DNA from: an uncultured delta proteobacterium
GTDB lineage: Bacteria; Desulfobacterota; Desulfuromonadia; Geobacterales; Pseudopelobacteraceae
Direction of reading: 5' to 3'
Assembly (NCBI GenBank): GCA_963772835.1
Contig: CAVYYZ010000002.1
Span: 32,001-96,000 of the forward strand
Length of the DNA: 64,000 nucleotides
This document shows positions 40,709 through 51,004 of the stretch, piece after piece. Within the stretch, counting starts at the first letter, position 1; each line of letters begins with the position of its first letter. The notes under the pieces are model-generated. The model did no database searches. It worked only from the letters and a program-made list of their open reading frames with translations, and was not told the DNA's origin. The translations under genes were made by a program, and so were the position numbers.

Positions 40709-42784
40709 TCAGTCGATAGTTAAAAGGAGCTGACCGATATCAACGGCATTCCCTTCCTGAATAAGAATCCGGCCGATGATCCCGTCCTTATCGGCAAAGA
40801 TCTCGTTTTCCATCTTCATCGCCTCAAGAATCAACAACAGATCACCCTCCTGAACCCTCTGTCCGGCGGTAACTTCTATCTTCCAGATATTTCCGGCCAG
40901 CGGGGCGACAACCCCGTTTTTCGGAGGAGTACCGACGGTAGCAACCGGTACGGCAGGGGGCGCTGCAGATTCAGCAGATTCTCCCAGCAGCGTAACAAGC
41001 GGCTGACCGATGACGACCGCATGTCCCTCTTCGATATGAATTGTGCCGACGATGCCGTCACGATAAGCGAAAATTTCGTTTTCCATCTTCATCGCTTCGA
41101 GAATCAGGAGGAGGTCCCCCTCCTGGACCGACTGTCCCGGTTCCACCTCAATCTTCCAGACGTTGCCCGCCAGCGGTGAGACGATGTCGTCGTGTGAAAC
41201 CGTTGAAACCACCGGTGCTCCGGGCTGGGACCCGGCTGCTGCTGACGCTGCAGCGGCTGCCGCCGCAGCCGCGCCGGTCGCCTTGGCGACCTGCACCACG
41301 AATGTCTGGCCACCGCCAGTAACGGTGAAGAGTTCGCCGCCACTTGCTGCGGGTGCTGCCGGAGCTGCTTTGGTCGGTGTCTCCTCGCCGTTCGGTACCG
41401 GCTCGAACATGGAGGGATTGTCCCGGTGCTCGAGAAACTTGAGCCCCACCTGCTGAAAAAGGGCGTAGGTGAGAACATCCTCCACCTCGTGGTCTCCCGG
41501 TTTAATACCTTTTTCGGCCGCAATGCCGCGCAGTTCGGCGGTGAGCTTATCCATCTCCGCTTCGATCAGGTCGGCCGGACGGCAGGTAATGGGTTCGGCC
41601 CCGGCCAGAACCTTCAGCTGCAGTTCCCTGTTGACCGGTGCTGACGTCGCGCCATATTCGCCCTTGAGAACGGCTGCTGTCTCCTTGGTCATGGATTTAT
41701 AGCGTTCGCCGGTCAGGATGTTGATGACCGCCTGACTGCCGACAATCTGCGAAGTGGGGGTAACGAGCGGAATGTAGCCGAGATCCTTGCGCACCCGGGG
41801 GATTTCCGCAAGAACCAGATCCATCTTGTGTCCGGCGTTCTGCTCCTTCAGCTGGCTTTCCATGTTGGTCAGCATTCCGCCCGGAACCTGGGCCAGGATG
41901 ATGCGGGCATCGATCCCTTTGAGGGATCCTTCAAACTTGGCATATTTCTTCCTCACGACCGTGAAGTAGTCGGCGATCTCCTGCAGCAGCACCATGTCGA
42001 GACCGGTGGGGGTATCGGTGTCGTTCATAATGGCCACCAGGGCTTCCGTTGCCGAGTGCCCGTAGGTCATACTCATGGAGGAGATGGAGGTATCAACATT
42101 TTCCACGCCCGCCTCAATTGCCTTGATGTAGGTGGCTGTGGACATGCCGGTGGTTGCGTGGCACTGCATGTGGATCGGGATATTAATCGCCTTCTTGAGC
42201 TTTTTAACCAGTTCATAGGCAACGTAGGGGGAAAGGAGACCGGCCATATCCTTGATACAGAGCGAGTGCGACCCCATATCTTCGATGCGTCTGGCCAGAT
42301 CGACCCACTTGGGGATCGTATCGACAGGGCTGACCGTGTAGGACATGGTCCCCTGGGCGTGTTTGTCCTGCTTGATGACCGCCTTGATAGCGGTTTCAAG
42401 GTTGCGCGGGTCGTTCATGGCGTCAAACACCCGGAAAACGTCGATGCCGTTGACCGCCGCCCGTTCCACGAATTTCTCCACCACATCGTCGGCATAATGA
42501 CGGTACCCAAGGATATTCTGCCCTCGGAACAGCATTTGCTGCGGCGTTCTCGGCATCGCCTTCTTCAGCTCCCGGAGGCGTACCCAGGGATCTTCGCCGA
42601 GGAAGCGGATGCAGGAGTCAAAGGTGGCTCCTCCCCACATTTCGATGGACCAGTAACCGACCTGGTCGAGTTTGTCACAGATAGGCAGCATGTCGTCAAG
42701 ACGGAGACGGGTGGCGAAGAGGGATTGGTGGGCGTCCCGCAGTACGACTTCGGTGAGGCCGAGTGGTTTTTTATGCTTGCTCAT
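40709..42784 (-). CDS. oadA: OadA/PycB-like pyruvate carboxyltransferase with two C-terminal biotinyl domains
   Basis: [34 protein letters not shown]; Ala/Pro linkers; EAMKM occurs twice. Confidence 0.88.
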   Translation of the reverse strand: MSKHKKPLGLTEVVLRDAHQSLFATRLRLDDMLPICDKLDQVGYWSIEMWGGATFDSCIRFLGEDPWVRLRELKKAMPRTPQQMLFRGQNILGYRHYADDVVEKFVERAAVNGIDVFRVFDAMNDPRNLETAIKAVIKQDKHAQGTMSYTVSPVDTIPKWVDLARRIEDMGSHSLCIKDMAGLLSPYVAYELVKKLKKAINIPIHMQCHATTGMSTATYIKAIEAGVENVDTSISSMSMTYGHSATEALVAIMNDTDTPTGLDMVLLQEIADYFTVVRKKYAKFEGSLKGIDARIILAQVPGGMLTNMESQLKEQNAGHKMDLVLAEIPRVRKDLGYIPLVTPTSQIVGSQAVINILTGERYKSMTKETAAVLKGEYGATSAPVNRELQLKVLAGAEPITCRPADLIEAEMDKLTAELRGIAAEKGIKPGDHEVEDVLTYALFQQVGLKFLEHRDNPSMFEPVPNGEETPTKAAPAAPAASGGELFTVTGGGQTFVVQVAKATGAAAAAAAAASAAAGSQPGAPVVSTVSHDDIVSPLAGNVWKIEVEPGQSVQEGDLLLILEAMKMENEIFAYRDGIVGTIHIEEGHAVVIGQPLVTLLGESAESAAPPAVPVATVGTPPKNGVVAPLAGNIWKIEVTAGQRVQEGDLLLILEAMKMENEIFADKDGIIGRILIQEGNAVDIGQLLLTID

Positions 42785-42812
42785 GAACAACTCCTTTTCA
42801 TCGCTGACGTTT

Positions 42813-44570
42813 TCAACCCTTGATAATACGGGGGAGGAGCATCTGGTGTACCGGGGTGATCGACCGCGGATTCTGGTAGTTTGCCCCGGTAAATGCCTGA
42901 ATATACCGGCGCAGGTCCGGCAGATTCACGATTTCGTCGACAAAGCCGCTCTTGCCGCAGTACGCCGGGCGCGACTTGTCCTGATAGTCCGTGATCATCT
43001 GGTTCATCTTGTCCAGAACGGGGGTGAGATCGTTGCCCGCTTCGTCCTCCTTGACCAGGCGCCTTGCATACGAGGCGGCCGCAGCGGTTTCACCATGCAT
43101 GACGTAGATTTCGGTCAGCGGCGTGCCGAGCGTAAACGCGTTGTTATTGTTGGCCTGTGGACCGCACATGATGTAGTGGGCGGCGGCGGTTCCTTTCCGG
43201 AGAACGACGCACATCATGGAGAGATCGGTCTGTTCGATGGAGTAGACCAGAGACTGACCGAGCGCAAGCAGTTCGGCCTCCTCGGCCAGATCGCCGACAT
43301 CAATGCCCGTGGTATCCTGCATCCAGACGATCGGCAGGTTGTCCCGTCCGCAGAGGGTGACAAATTCCGCCTGTTTGATGAGACCCTCGCGGTAATGCTT
43401 CCCTCCCACGGCGGGATAGGCCCCTTTGGCATATTCAGGATATCCGGGGAAAACCCCCTGGCGGTTGCCGATGAATGCCACGGGGAAACCGTCAATCTTG
43501 GCGATACCTGCATAGACCTCCCGCCCGTACTCGGGACGATATTCCATGAATTCGCTGTTGTCGGTGATGCGGGCCAGAATCTGGACGGCATCGTAGGGAC
43601 GTTTCTGGTTGGCGGGAAGGATCATATTGAGATCCTCGCCCGGGAATTTGGGCGGTGCAGGAGCGGCAACCCGGAACATGATCGGGTCGTAGGCCGGCAT
43701 CATCCGCATATAATCCTTGATGCCGTCCAGCACCCCCCGTTCGGTGTCATGGACTTCGCGGAAATAGGCGGTCTGGTCGAAGTGAGTCTCAACGCGCCCC
43801 GGATCCTTGGCTTTAAAATTCTTGGTAGCACTGATAAGAGCCTGTGCGGCTTCGACGTCGATATGCCCTTTCGGGTTCATACCGCCCACAATACCGGCAC
43901 CGCCGACGGCGATGTTCGCCCCCTCGTGTGCGATAAGGATGGTGGGACTGATCCCCTGGTAGCCACCCCCGGCAGGATTAGTGCCGTAGATGCCGTTGAG
44001 GATGGGAATCCCCAGGTGATTGAGGTCTGCATGGCGGTAGAACGGTGCGCCGCTGGAGCGTCGTCCGGCATACACGGTTTCCTGCTCCATGAGCTTGACA
44101 CCGCTGCAGTTTGTCAGCCAGACGAGGGGGACATTGAGTCGTTTGGCCATGTCGGTGACCATGAGGATGTTTTCGGATTGACCTGCGATCCAGGCGCCGG
44201 CCATGACCTTGTTGTCAAAACCGATGACCACCGCCCACCTGCCCTGAATTTTACCAATGCCGTTAACAACCCCGGTACATCCCTCTTCATTGTCGCGCGG
44301 ATTATAGAGGGTATGCAGCGGAGACCAGGTGCCGGGGTCAATCAGATAGTCAAGACGGTCGTAGACCGTCATCCCTCCCCGATCATGGATCTTTTTGGCG
44401 GGAATCCCTGCATTTTTGACCCGCTCGACCTCCAGAGCAAGGATCCGCTCCTGTTCACGGACAAGTTCTATATTCTCCTGCGAGCGGCGGATTTCTCCAT
44501 CGTTCAGAGCCTTGCCGATATCGGCCATCTTCTCGAAGTACGGGCGCAGTGGTGTCTGTTTGCGTGACAT
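42813..44570 (-). CDS. gcdA: Glutaconyl-CoA decarboxylase alpha (carboxyltransferase) subunit
   Basis: [53 protein letters not shown]; adjacent to glutaryl-CoA dehydrogenase. Confidence 0.87.
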   Translation of the reverse strand: MSRKQTPLRPYFEKMADIGKALNDGEIRRSQENIELVREQERILALEVERVKNAGIPAKKIHDRGGMTVYDRLDYLIDPGTWSPLHTLYNPRDNEEGCTGVVNGIGKIQGRWAVVIGFDNKVMAGAWIAGQSENILMVTDMAKRLNVPLVWLTNCSGVKLMEQETVYAGRRSSGAPFYRHADLNHLGIPILNGIYGTNPAGGGYQGISPTILIAHEGANIAVGGAGIVGGMNPKGHIDVEAAQALISATKNFKAKDPGRVETHFDQTAYFREVHDTERGVLDGIKDYMRMMPAYDPIMFRVAAPAPPKFPGEDLNMILPANQKRPYDAVQILARITDNSEFMEYRPEYGREVYAGIAKIDGFPVAFIGNRQGVFPGYPEYAKGAYPAVGGKHYREGLIKQAEFVTLCGRDNLPIVWMQDTTGIDVGDLAEEAELLALGQSLVYSIEQTDLSMMCVVLRKGTAAAHYIMCGPQANNNNAFTLGTPLTEIYVMHGETAAAASYARRLVKEDEAGNDLTPVLDKMNQMITDYQDKSRPAYCGKSGFVDEIVNLPDLRRYIQAFTGANYQNPRSITPVHQMLLPRIIKG

Positions 44571-44598
44571 GGGAACTCCTTTAATGCCTGAAATCAGG

Positions 44599-44689
44599 TG
44601 TAGGGGTAAAGCAAGGTTCTTCTGCTTTGCCTGCAATTTATGGTAATCGCGACAGGGGCGAAGCAGGTACGGATTGCTTCGCCCCTACA
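44599..44689. repeat. GTAG-type REP doublet (REPIN-like)
   Basis: TGTAG-GGGTAAAGCA..TGCTTTGCC and an inverted copy AGGGGCGAAGCA..TGCTTCGCCCCTACA. Confidence 0.75.
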
Positions 44690-45847
44690 TTATCTATTCG
44701 ACACATCGCCGAGTGCGAAGCCGGCAATGATGGTCTTCTGGATGTTGCTGGTCCCTTCGACGACGCGCAGGGACTGGGCATCGCGCAGGAAGCGCTCTGC
44801 CGGATATTCGGTGGAGAAACCGTAGCTGCCGAAGATCTTCATCGTGTCGCTGGCGGCATGTACGGCGGCCTCGGAAGCAAACAGTTTGGCCATGGAGGTC
44901 TGATACTGGTTGGGCATCCCCTGATCTTTCAGCCAGGCGGCCTGATAGACGAGCAGGCGTGCGGCCTCATGCTCGGCAACCATATCGGCGATCTGGGCCT
45001 GGATCATCTGGTAGGAACCGATCTTCTTGCCGAACTGGGTCCGCTCGTTGGCGTAGCCGATAGCGGCCAGAATGGCGCCGCCGCCGATGCCGAGGGCCCC
45101 GGCAGCGCAGCTGATCCGGGTGTTGTTGAGCTGCCACATGCAGATCTGAAATCCCTGGCCGACCTCTCCCAGAACCGAATCCTTCGGAATTTTGGCGGAG
45201 CTGAAGGCTATCTCGCCGGTCGGAGCGCAGTGCAGGCCGAGTTTCGTCTCAATCGGTGCGGTGACGATTCCCTCGTTCCCCTTCAGGTTTACGATGAAGC
45301 AGGTCATCCCTTTGTATTTTTTGCTCTTGTCGGTCATGGCGTATACCAATCCCCAATCGCCGACGTGGGCATTGGAAATCCACATTTTCTGCCCATTCAG
45401 TTCCCAATGATCGCCCCGATCGACCGCCGTGGTCCCCATACTGACGACATCTGATCCCGAGTTCGGTTCGGTGATGGCGAAAAATCCGAACGATTCTGCA
45501 CTTACCCAGGCAGGAATAAAGCGTTCCTTCTGTTCCTTGCTGCCAAACTGATTTACCGTTATGGCAGGGCCGATGTTCTGCATGTTAAGCGGCAGCCGCG
45601 AGGAGCCGCTTACTATGGCAAGCTGTTCGGCAATGATAACCGACTCGAGAAACCCGCAGCCGTTACCGCCGTACTCCTCAGGGAGTGCACAGCCGAAAAA
45701 GCCGAGATCAGCCATTTTTTTGACCAGTTCCGGGCGAAATCTGTGATTAGCCTCGTCGTCCTTAAGGGTGGGAACGATCTCTTTTTGAGCGAAATCGCGC
45801 GCCATATCCTGCATCATCTTCTGCTCGTCCGTCAGCCCGAAATTCAT
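44690..45847 (-). CDS. Glutaryl-CoA dehydrogenase, probably non-decarboxylating (glutaconyl-CoA forming)
   Basis: ACAD motifs ITEPNSGSD and FGSYGFS. VVEGT has Val, not Tyr, before the catalytic Glu. Lies between bamA and gcdA. Confidence 0.82.
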   Translation of the reverse strand: MNFGLTDEQKMMQDMARDFAQKEIVPTLKDDEANHRFRPELVKKMADLGFFGCALPEEYGGNGCGFLESVIIAEQLAIVSGSSRLPLNMQNIGPAITVNQFGSKEQKERFIPAWVSAESFGFFAITEPNSGSDVVSMGTTAVDRGDHWELNGQKMWISNAHVGDWGLVYAMTDKSKKYKGMTCFIVNLKGNEGIVTAPIETKLGLHCAPTGEIAFSSAKIPKDSVLGEVGQGFQICMWQLNNTRISCAAGALGIGGGAILAAIGYANERTQFGKKIGSYQMIQAQIADMVAEHEAARLLVYQAAWLKDQGMPNQYQTSMAKLFASEAAVHAASDTMKIFGSYGFSTEYPAERFLRDAQSLRVVEGTSNIQKTIIAGFALGDVSNR

Positions 45848-45870
45848 CTGGAGTCTCCTTCTGTTAATTT

Positions 45871-45891
45871 TTCACTCTTCACTCTTCACTC
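45871..45891. repeat. Heptamer tandem repeat (TTCACTC) x3
   Basis: Directly 3' of the bamA stop codon. Confidence 0.85.
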
Positions 45892-45892
45892 T

Positions 45893-47038
45893 TTACGCTT
45901 TAACCCCCGGCATCAGGCTCTCGATCAGCTCCTCAGTCCAGGGGGCACCTTTCGCCAGACCTTGTCGTAGCTTGATGAAGTCGATTTCGCGGCCGGTCTC
46001 TTTGGTCCCTTCGTTGAAGGCCCGGAAGCCGGTGCGGGCCTCGTTCATCATGTTGAGGGCAAGCCAGGCACGGGAATTTTCCTTGTTTTTGTTCCAGGCA
46101 TCCAGCTTCGGTTTGCGCAGCTCTTCAAGGCTTTTGGTCATACATTCGGGGAAGGTGTCGAGCAGCTTGGAACAGAGCGTTTCAATTTTTTCATCCAGCA
46201 TACTCAGGTCGACCGTACCCTCCTTGATCAGTGCGGCCCCTTCTTTAAAGGCGGCGCCGCTCTTGAATTCGCCGTGAACAATCCGGCCGTACTCGTCCAG
46301 CATCCGGTCGGTGACAACGGTCGGGTTGGAGACAAAGGCGCCGTTTATTTTGAGAGCCGGGACCACATCGGCGATGATGCCGAGCCGGTTGGCCTTGTGA
46401 GCCGAGAACGGCTCGCAGAGCGTACCGGAAACCATGGCCTGTTCGCAGCCGATCATGACCGGCAGGAAGTCGGTGGCGCCGCCGATGGCAGCGGAACCAT
46501 GCTTGGGACCGGCCTGACCGAAGTTGGCCAGATCCTGGGCGATGGTAAAGTCGCACGCCATGCCGATTTCCTGGCCGCCGCCGATGCGCATGCCGTTTAC
46601 CCGGCAGACAACCGGCTTGTCGCACCCAAGAATGGCGGAGACCATGTCGTTGAACAGCCGCATGTACTGGCGGTATTCCTGCGGATTTCCCGCATAATAC
46701 TCGGCGTATTCCTTCGTATTGCCGCCGGTACAGAACGCTTTGTCGCCGACTGCAGTAAAGACGACTGCGTTTACTTCACGGTCGACGGAGGCACGGCGAA
46801 AGGCCAGGATAGTTGCCTTGACCATGTCCGTTGTATAGGAGTTATACTGTTTGGGATTATTGAGGATGATCCAGGCGTTGTAGAGACCTTCGGCGATGCT
46901 GCCGTCGCGCCTTTTGGCAGGGCGTTTTTCATACAGGACCATGCCGTCGCAGAGGCTTTCAACCTCGCGGTCAATCAGGTTGTGGTCAATCAGGTGTGCC
47001 GGGGCGGTTCGGGAAATGATTTCATCTGGTGTGGCCAT
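45893..47038 (-). CDS. bamA: 6-oxocyclohex-1-ene-1-carbonyl-CoA hydrolase
   Basis: QYNSYTT, FCTGGNTKEYAEYY, RIGGGQE, GQAGPKHGS, NKENSRAWLALNM; AAGGAGG RBS. Confidence 0.95.
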   Translation of the reverse strand: MATPDEIISRTAPAHLIDHNLIDREVESLCDGMVLYEKRPAKRRDGSIAEGLYNAWIILNNPKQYNSYTTDMVKATILAFRRASVDREVNAVVFTAVGDKAFCTGGNTKEYAEYYAGNPQEYRQYMRLFNDMVSAILGCDKPVVCRVNGMRIGGGQEIGMACDFTIAQDLANFGQAGPKHGSAAIGGATDFLPVMIGCEQAMVSGTLCEPFSAHKANRLGIIADVVPALKINGAFVSNPTVVTDRMLDEYGRIVHGEFKSGAAFKEGAALIKEGTVDLSMLDEKIETLCSKLLDTFPECMTKSLEELRKPKLDAWNKNKENSRAWLALNMMNEARTGFRAFNEGTKETGREIDFIKLRQGLAKGAPWTEELIESLMPGVKA

Positions 47039-47150
47039 GTTGTTCCTCCTTATGTTTTCGATAGGTGATGTGAGCAGCTGTGTATCAATAAAAGTCGACG
47101 GGTCAAAAAACGAGAGGCGGTAAAACAAACAATATTATTATTCATGCAAA

Positions 47151-47181
47151 CAAGTACCTCAATACCGATTTATATGTCAAG
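47151..47181 (-). promoter_or_regulatory. bamA promoter/operator
   Basis: Minus strand TTGACA-N18-TACTTG, about 115 nt upstream of bamA; near-identical to 29312-29339. Confidence 0.7.
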
Positions 47182-47512
47182 GGAAATGTACGGCAGCATC
47201 ATCAGATCTTGTGCGATTTCCCGGTACGGTGAATACAGTGAAATAGCCTCCATAACGTCATAATTTCGAGTGTGTAGCATACTGAAATTATTATAAATAA
47301 AGATTAAAAGTTTCTTGACAACGAAAATAGAACAGAGTTAAGTGGCATGCAGACGGAAAGTTTAAAAAAGTGTATACGCACGCCGCCAGGGGTTTTGTAT
47401 ACGGGCCTGAGGCGGTGCACACAACCACGATGCGGTGCCGGTTGCCGCAGAAAATGCGGCCACTCAAACCCCGTGAGCCGCCGGGCAGGTAAGGTCTAAA
47501 AAAGGTGATTTT

Positions 47513-47821
47513 ATGCATCTGGTTCAACTACTGCTTCCACTGTGCGATAACGAAGGGCACCCCTTCTCACAGTCAATGTACCTGAAAGTCAGGGACGAGC
47601 TCGCCGAAAAGTTCGGAGGGATAACCACCTATGTCAGGTCCCCGGCTGAAGGGTTGTGGAAAGAGGGATCGTGCTGCACGGTAAAGGACGAAATCATTAT
47701 TTACGAAATTATGGCAAAGGAATTAAACCGTGCATGGTGGAAAGAGTTCAGGGAGCAGTTGGAGTTGCATTTCAGGCAGGATTCCATAATTGTCAGGACA
47801 AGCCTGATCGATATTCTATAA
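47513..47821 (+). CDS. Small hypothetical protein
   Basis: 102 aa, AAGGTGA RBS, protein-like pattern QLLLPL.DN.G..F and FGG.T...PAEGLW. Confidence 0.65.
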   Translation: MHLVQLLLPLCDNEGHPFSQSMYLKVRDELAEKFGGITTYVRSPAEGLWKEGSCCTVKDEIIIYEIMAKELNRAWWKEFREQLELHFRQDSIIVRTSLIDIL

Positions 47822-48018
47822 TAATATCGAATCCGTTATACGTATGTCTTATAACAAAAGAGCAGAAATACGCACATTGTTCTTACCCGGGCTGGTTCCG
47901 GTGCAGGATGCGAATTAACCAATAGTCTTACAGGCAGTCCCTGAAACTTCACCAGCCGTGTATCCACGTATGAAGATGCAACCATCAACCCCGGAAGTGT
48001 AACAACAAGGAGGATAGT

Positions 48019-48330
48019 ATGTCCCACGATACATCGCAAAATTATCTTAATCTGAAAGAGCGTCATGCCGAGTTGATCAAGGCTGTTGAGGTAATGGGAA
48101 ATGCCGCGCGTAATGCAGGCCCACTTGATGAAAAGGCCGTGCAGCTTATTAAGTTGGGTGCAGCAGCAGCTATCGGTTCAAAAGGGGCGTTGCGCAGCCA
48201 TGCACTGCAGGCGTTGGAAGCTGGTGCTTCAATTGAAGAGGTGCGACATGCCGTTATTGTACTGACAAGTACGATTGGCTTTCCGACGGTTGCGGCAGCG
48301 CTTGCGAGAATTGAAGAGGTTGTCGCCTGA
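48019..48330 (+). CDS. Carboxymuconolactone decarboxylase (CMD/AhpD-like) family protein
   Basis: GPLDEK..QLI, SH...AL.AGAS.EE, TIGFP; AGGAGG RBS. Confidence 0.85.
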   Translation: MSHDTSQNYLNLKERHAELIKAVEVMGNAARNAGPLDEKAVQLIKLGAAAAIGSKGALRSHALQALEAGASIEEVRHAVIVLTSTIGFPTVAAALARIEEVVA

Positions 48331-48531
48331 CGAAAACCGGGTTGTGTGCGGCGATATGTGTGCCTGTTCATTTCGTTACCGGAGCTCAGATGACAGCACG
48401 CAAATTGACCAATAGTTTATATACTAACCACGGAATTGCCTCGTCAAACAAGGGTTACGACCCGCCCGAAAAAACAGGCGGGCCAAACTCATGCCCGTTA
48501 GGCAAAAAACAATGTGAGGAGATATTTCGTA

Positions 48532-48834
48532 ATGCCCAAACAAAATGAATCACCCTACGTCTCTCATGTTTTTGTTTGTACCAATGATCGTGGGGGTGTA
48601 AGCAAATCGTGTTCAGACAATAACAGCCAGCTTATTAAATCTACATTGAAGGACGTTGTAACCGGGAAAGGCTGGAAAGGGAAGGTCAGGGTTAGTACTT
48701 CAGGATGCATGGGGCTGTGCGCCAATGGCCCCAATGTGATGATCTACCCTCAAAAGATATGGTTTTCTGAAGTTTCCCCTGATGATGTGAATGAAATCGT
48801 GTCTACCATTGAACGTGTTTTGGCAGATGACTGA
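48532..48834 (+). CDS. Thioredoxin-like [2Fe-2S] ferredoxin
   Basis: HVFVCTN..C, SGCMGLCANGPNV.IYP..W. Confidence 0.88.
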   Translation: MPKQNESPYVSHVFVCTNDRGGVSKSCSDNNSQLIKSTLKDVVTGKGWKGKVRVSTSGCMGLCANGPNVMIYPQKIWFSEVSPDDVNEIVSTIERVLADD

Positions 48835-50233
48835 TAAGAAACAGAACCTGAAATTGATGAAAAAAGAAAAGAACCGCCCGGTCATCATCGCCCGGCAGGA
48901 ACATGGCATATCCCGCAAGCTCATGAGCCCGAACGCCCTGCGCATCCTCTACAGACTGAGGGACAACGGCTATGTCGGCCATCTTGTCGGCGGCTGTGTG
49001 CGCGACCTCCTGCTCGGACGGGAGCCGAAGGATTTCGACGTGGTGACGAACGCCACCCCCAACGAGCTGAAGCGGATGTTCCGCAACTGCCGTCTCATCG
49101 GCCGGCGCTTTCGTCTCGCGCACCTCCACTTCCAGGATGAGATCATCGAGGTGGCGACCTTTCGATCCCTGGCCCCGGACGTGCCGGAGACCGAACCAAT
49201 AGAGGCATCCGGGGCGGAGCAGCGCCAGCGGACCCCGCGGACGCTGAAGGACGATGACGGCATGATCCTGCGGGATAATGTCTACGGCACCCCTGAAGAG
49301 GATGCCCTGCGCCGTGACTTCACCGTCAATGCTCTTGCCTACAGTAGTGATGATTTCTCGATCATTGACTACACCGGAGGCCTGGCCGATCTCAATGCCG
49401 GCATCATCCGCACCATCGGCGACCCCGCCGTCCGCTTCCAGGAAGACCCGGTACGGATGCTGCGGGCGGTACGGTTTGCCGCCCAGCTCGCCTTCACCAT
49501 CGAGGAACACACCCGCACGGCTCTCGTCTCTTCCGCTGAGACCATAGTCAGGGCAGCGCCGGCCCGTCTCTACGAGGAGATGCTCAAGATTTTCTTCTCG
49601 GGAGAGGCGGCGAAGTGCTGCGGTCTCCTCCAGCGTACCGGACTCTTTGCGGCACTGTTCCCGCATTTCTCGAATTGGCTCGATGTCGAAAGCGAGGGCT
49701 TTCCCCATACCCGCTTCGGGGAAATGCTCACCTGCGTCGATGACCGCATCCAGCAGGGTGGCACGATCTCTGCGCCGCTCCTCCTGGCTCTGCTGTTCGG
49801 CGGATACATCGATGAGAAGGCGGAGCGTTTCCGCCGACAGGGTGCGCCCTGGCAGCGGAGCATTGATGCTGCGGTGGCGGAGTTCATGGGCGAAACCTGT
49901 CCGACCGTCATGATCATGAACCGCGTCGGGAATGCGCTCTGCGGAATCATCAGCCAGCAGACGCGCCTGAACAGGATCCCCGGACGCCGACCGGAATCGT
50001 TCATCGCCCGTCGTGATTTCAATGACATCATCGAATACAGCCGGATCATCAGCGGCGACGACAAAGGCGTCGCCGTACAGCTTGACTGGTGGGCGGCTCA
50101 GGCACTGCAGCAGGCGCCGGTGCCGGTGCCTGAGATGTCCAAACTCACCGGAAATGGCGAGGAACCGCAGAGAAAGAAGAGACGTCGCCGGCGGCGAAAG
50201 CCACATGCGAAAAGCGGTACGGAAGGGCTGTAG
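48827..50233 (+). CDS. pcnB: Poly(A) polymerase I
   Basis: VGGCVRD, KDFD, PAP-specific LIGRRFRLAHL, RRDFTVNAL, EDPVRMLRA, Arg-rich tail. Start may instead be 48857. Confidence 0.9.
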   Translation: MTDKKQNLKLMKKEKNRPVIIARQEHGISRKLMSPNALRILYRLRDNGYVGHLVGGCVRDLLLGREPKDFDVVTNATPNELKRMFRNCRLIGRRFRLAHLHFQDEIIEVATFRSLAPDVPETEPIEASGAEQRQRTPRTLKDDDGMILRDNVYGTPEEDALRRDFTVNALAYSSDDFSIIDYTGGLADLNAGIIRTIGDPAVRFQEDPVRMLRAVRFAAQLAFTIEEHTRTALVSSAETIVRAAPARLYEEMLKIFFSGEAAKCCGLLQRTGLFAALFPHFSNWLDVESEGFPHTRFGEMLTCVDDRIQQGGTISAPLLLALLFGGYIDEKAERFRRQGAPWQRSIDAAVAEFMGETCPTVMIMNRVGNALCGIISQQTRLNRIPGRRPESFIARRDFNDIIEYSRIISGDDKGVAVQLDWWAAQALQQAPVPVPEMSKLTGNGEEPQRKKRRRRRRKPHAKSGTEGL

Positions 50234-50367
50234 CTCATGGAGAACCTTGGGGTTATATTTTGAACTATACGAAACCGATAATTCAAAACTGACTCTTGTG
50301 AGTCATGAACTCCATGACGTTGAGCGGCACCGGCATATATTCCACGAAATTGGAGATGAACATCACC

Positions 50368-50829
50368 ATGAAGTTACGTACCGGCATCGCACTGGTTCTT
50401 GCTGTGGCACTGCCTGCCGTCTGCACGGCAGCGGACAGATTCACCCAAATCATCGCGCAGGCGGGTGAGTCTACCGTCACAAAAGGCGGCTTTGTCGTCA
50501 ACCAGAAGCGTGTCGCAGTGCAAAAAGAATTATCGCGACGACAACCAACAGCTGCAGAGCTCGGGGTAAAGCTGCCGACGAAAGCTTCTCTGAAGCTCGA
50601 ACGGACGGCTCTCCAGATTGTCCAATACAACCCCGTCTGGCGCGTGTACGACTTTCATGTTTCCATGCCGCGTCCGGAGTTCATCAAATTCTTCGAAGCG
50701 CAGGGACTGGTATTTGACACGCACAGGAATGTCCTTCTTTTCCCGGACACCGCGGCCAACGATGCCGGATTCATAGATGGCCTGTTTGGTGACGTAATCA
50801 GCGAGTTCCGGATCTGGCGCAGACCATAA
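50368..50829 (+). CDS. Hypothetical exported protein
   Basis: Sec-type signal peptide MKLRTGIALVLAVALPAVCTA; start uncertain. Confidence 0.6.
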   Translation: MKLRTGIALVLAVALPAVCTAADRFTQIIAQAGESTVTKGGFVVNQKRVAVQKELSRRQPTAAELGVKLPTKASLKLERTALQIVQYNPVWRVYDFHVSMPRPEFIKFFEAQGLVFDTHRNVLLFPDTAANDAGFIDGLFGDVISEFRIWRRP

Positions 50830-51004
50830 GCCGCTGCTCGATTATGGTTCCCAATGCTTCCATCCAGCAGCGTGCAGCCGGCTGCACCCGCTTCCCGGGA
50901 GGCTGGAACGACCGACAATCAGACCAGTCCGTGTGTAACACGCTGCCGGTTACCCATCAGGCGTTGGATCGCCTGCAAAAAAACTTTCAAAAGGAGAGTA
51001 CGTT

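Noticed and set aside
42672..44567. Long 631-aa plus-strand ORF and similar antisense ORFs (e.g. 48803-50206, 26841-27965, 41828-42823)
   Set aside because: They lie opposite well-supported genes, lack recognisable motifs, and are typical shadow ORFs of GC-rich coding DNA.
50872..50887. 16-bp perfect palindrome GTGCAGCCGGCTGCAC
   Set aside because: Single occurrence, no T-tract or promoter context, so no function can be supported.
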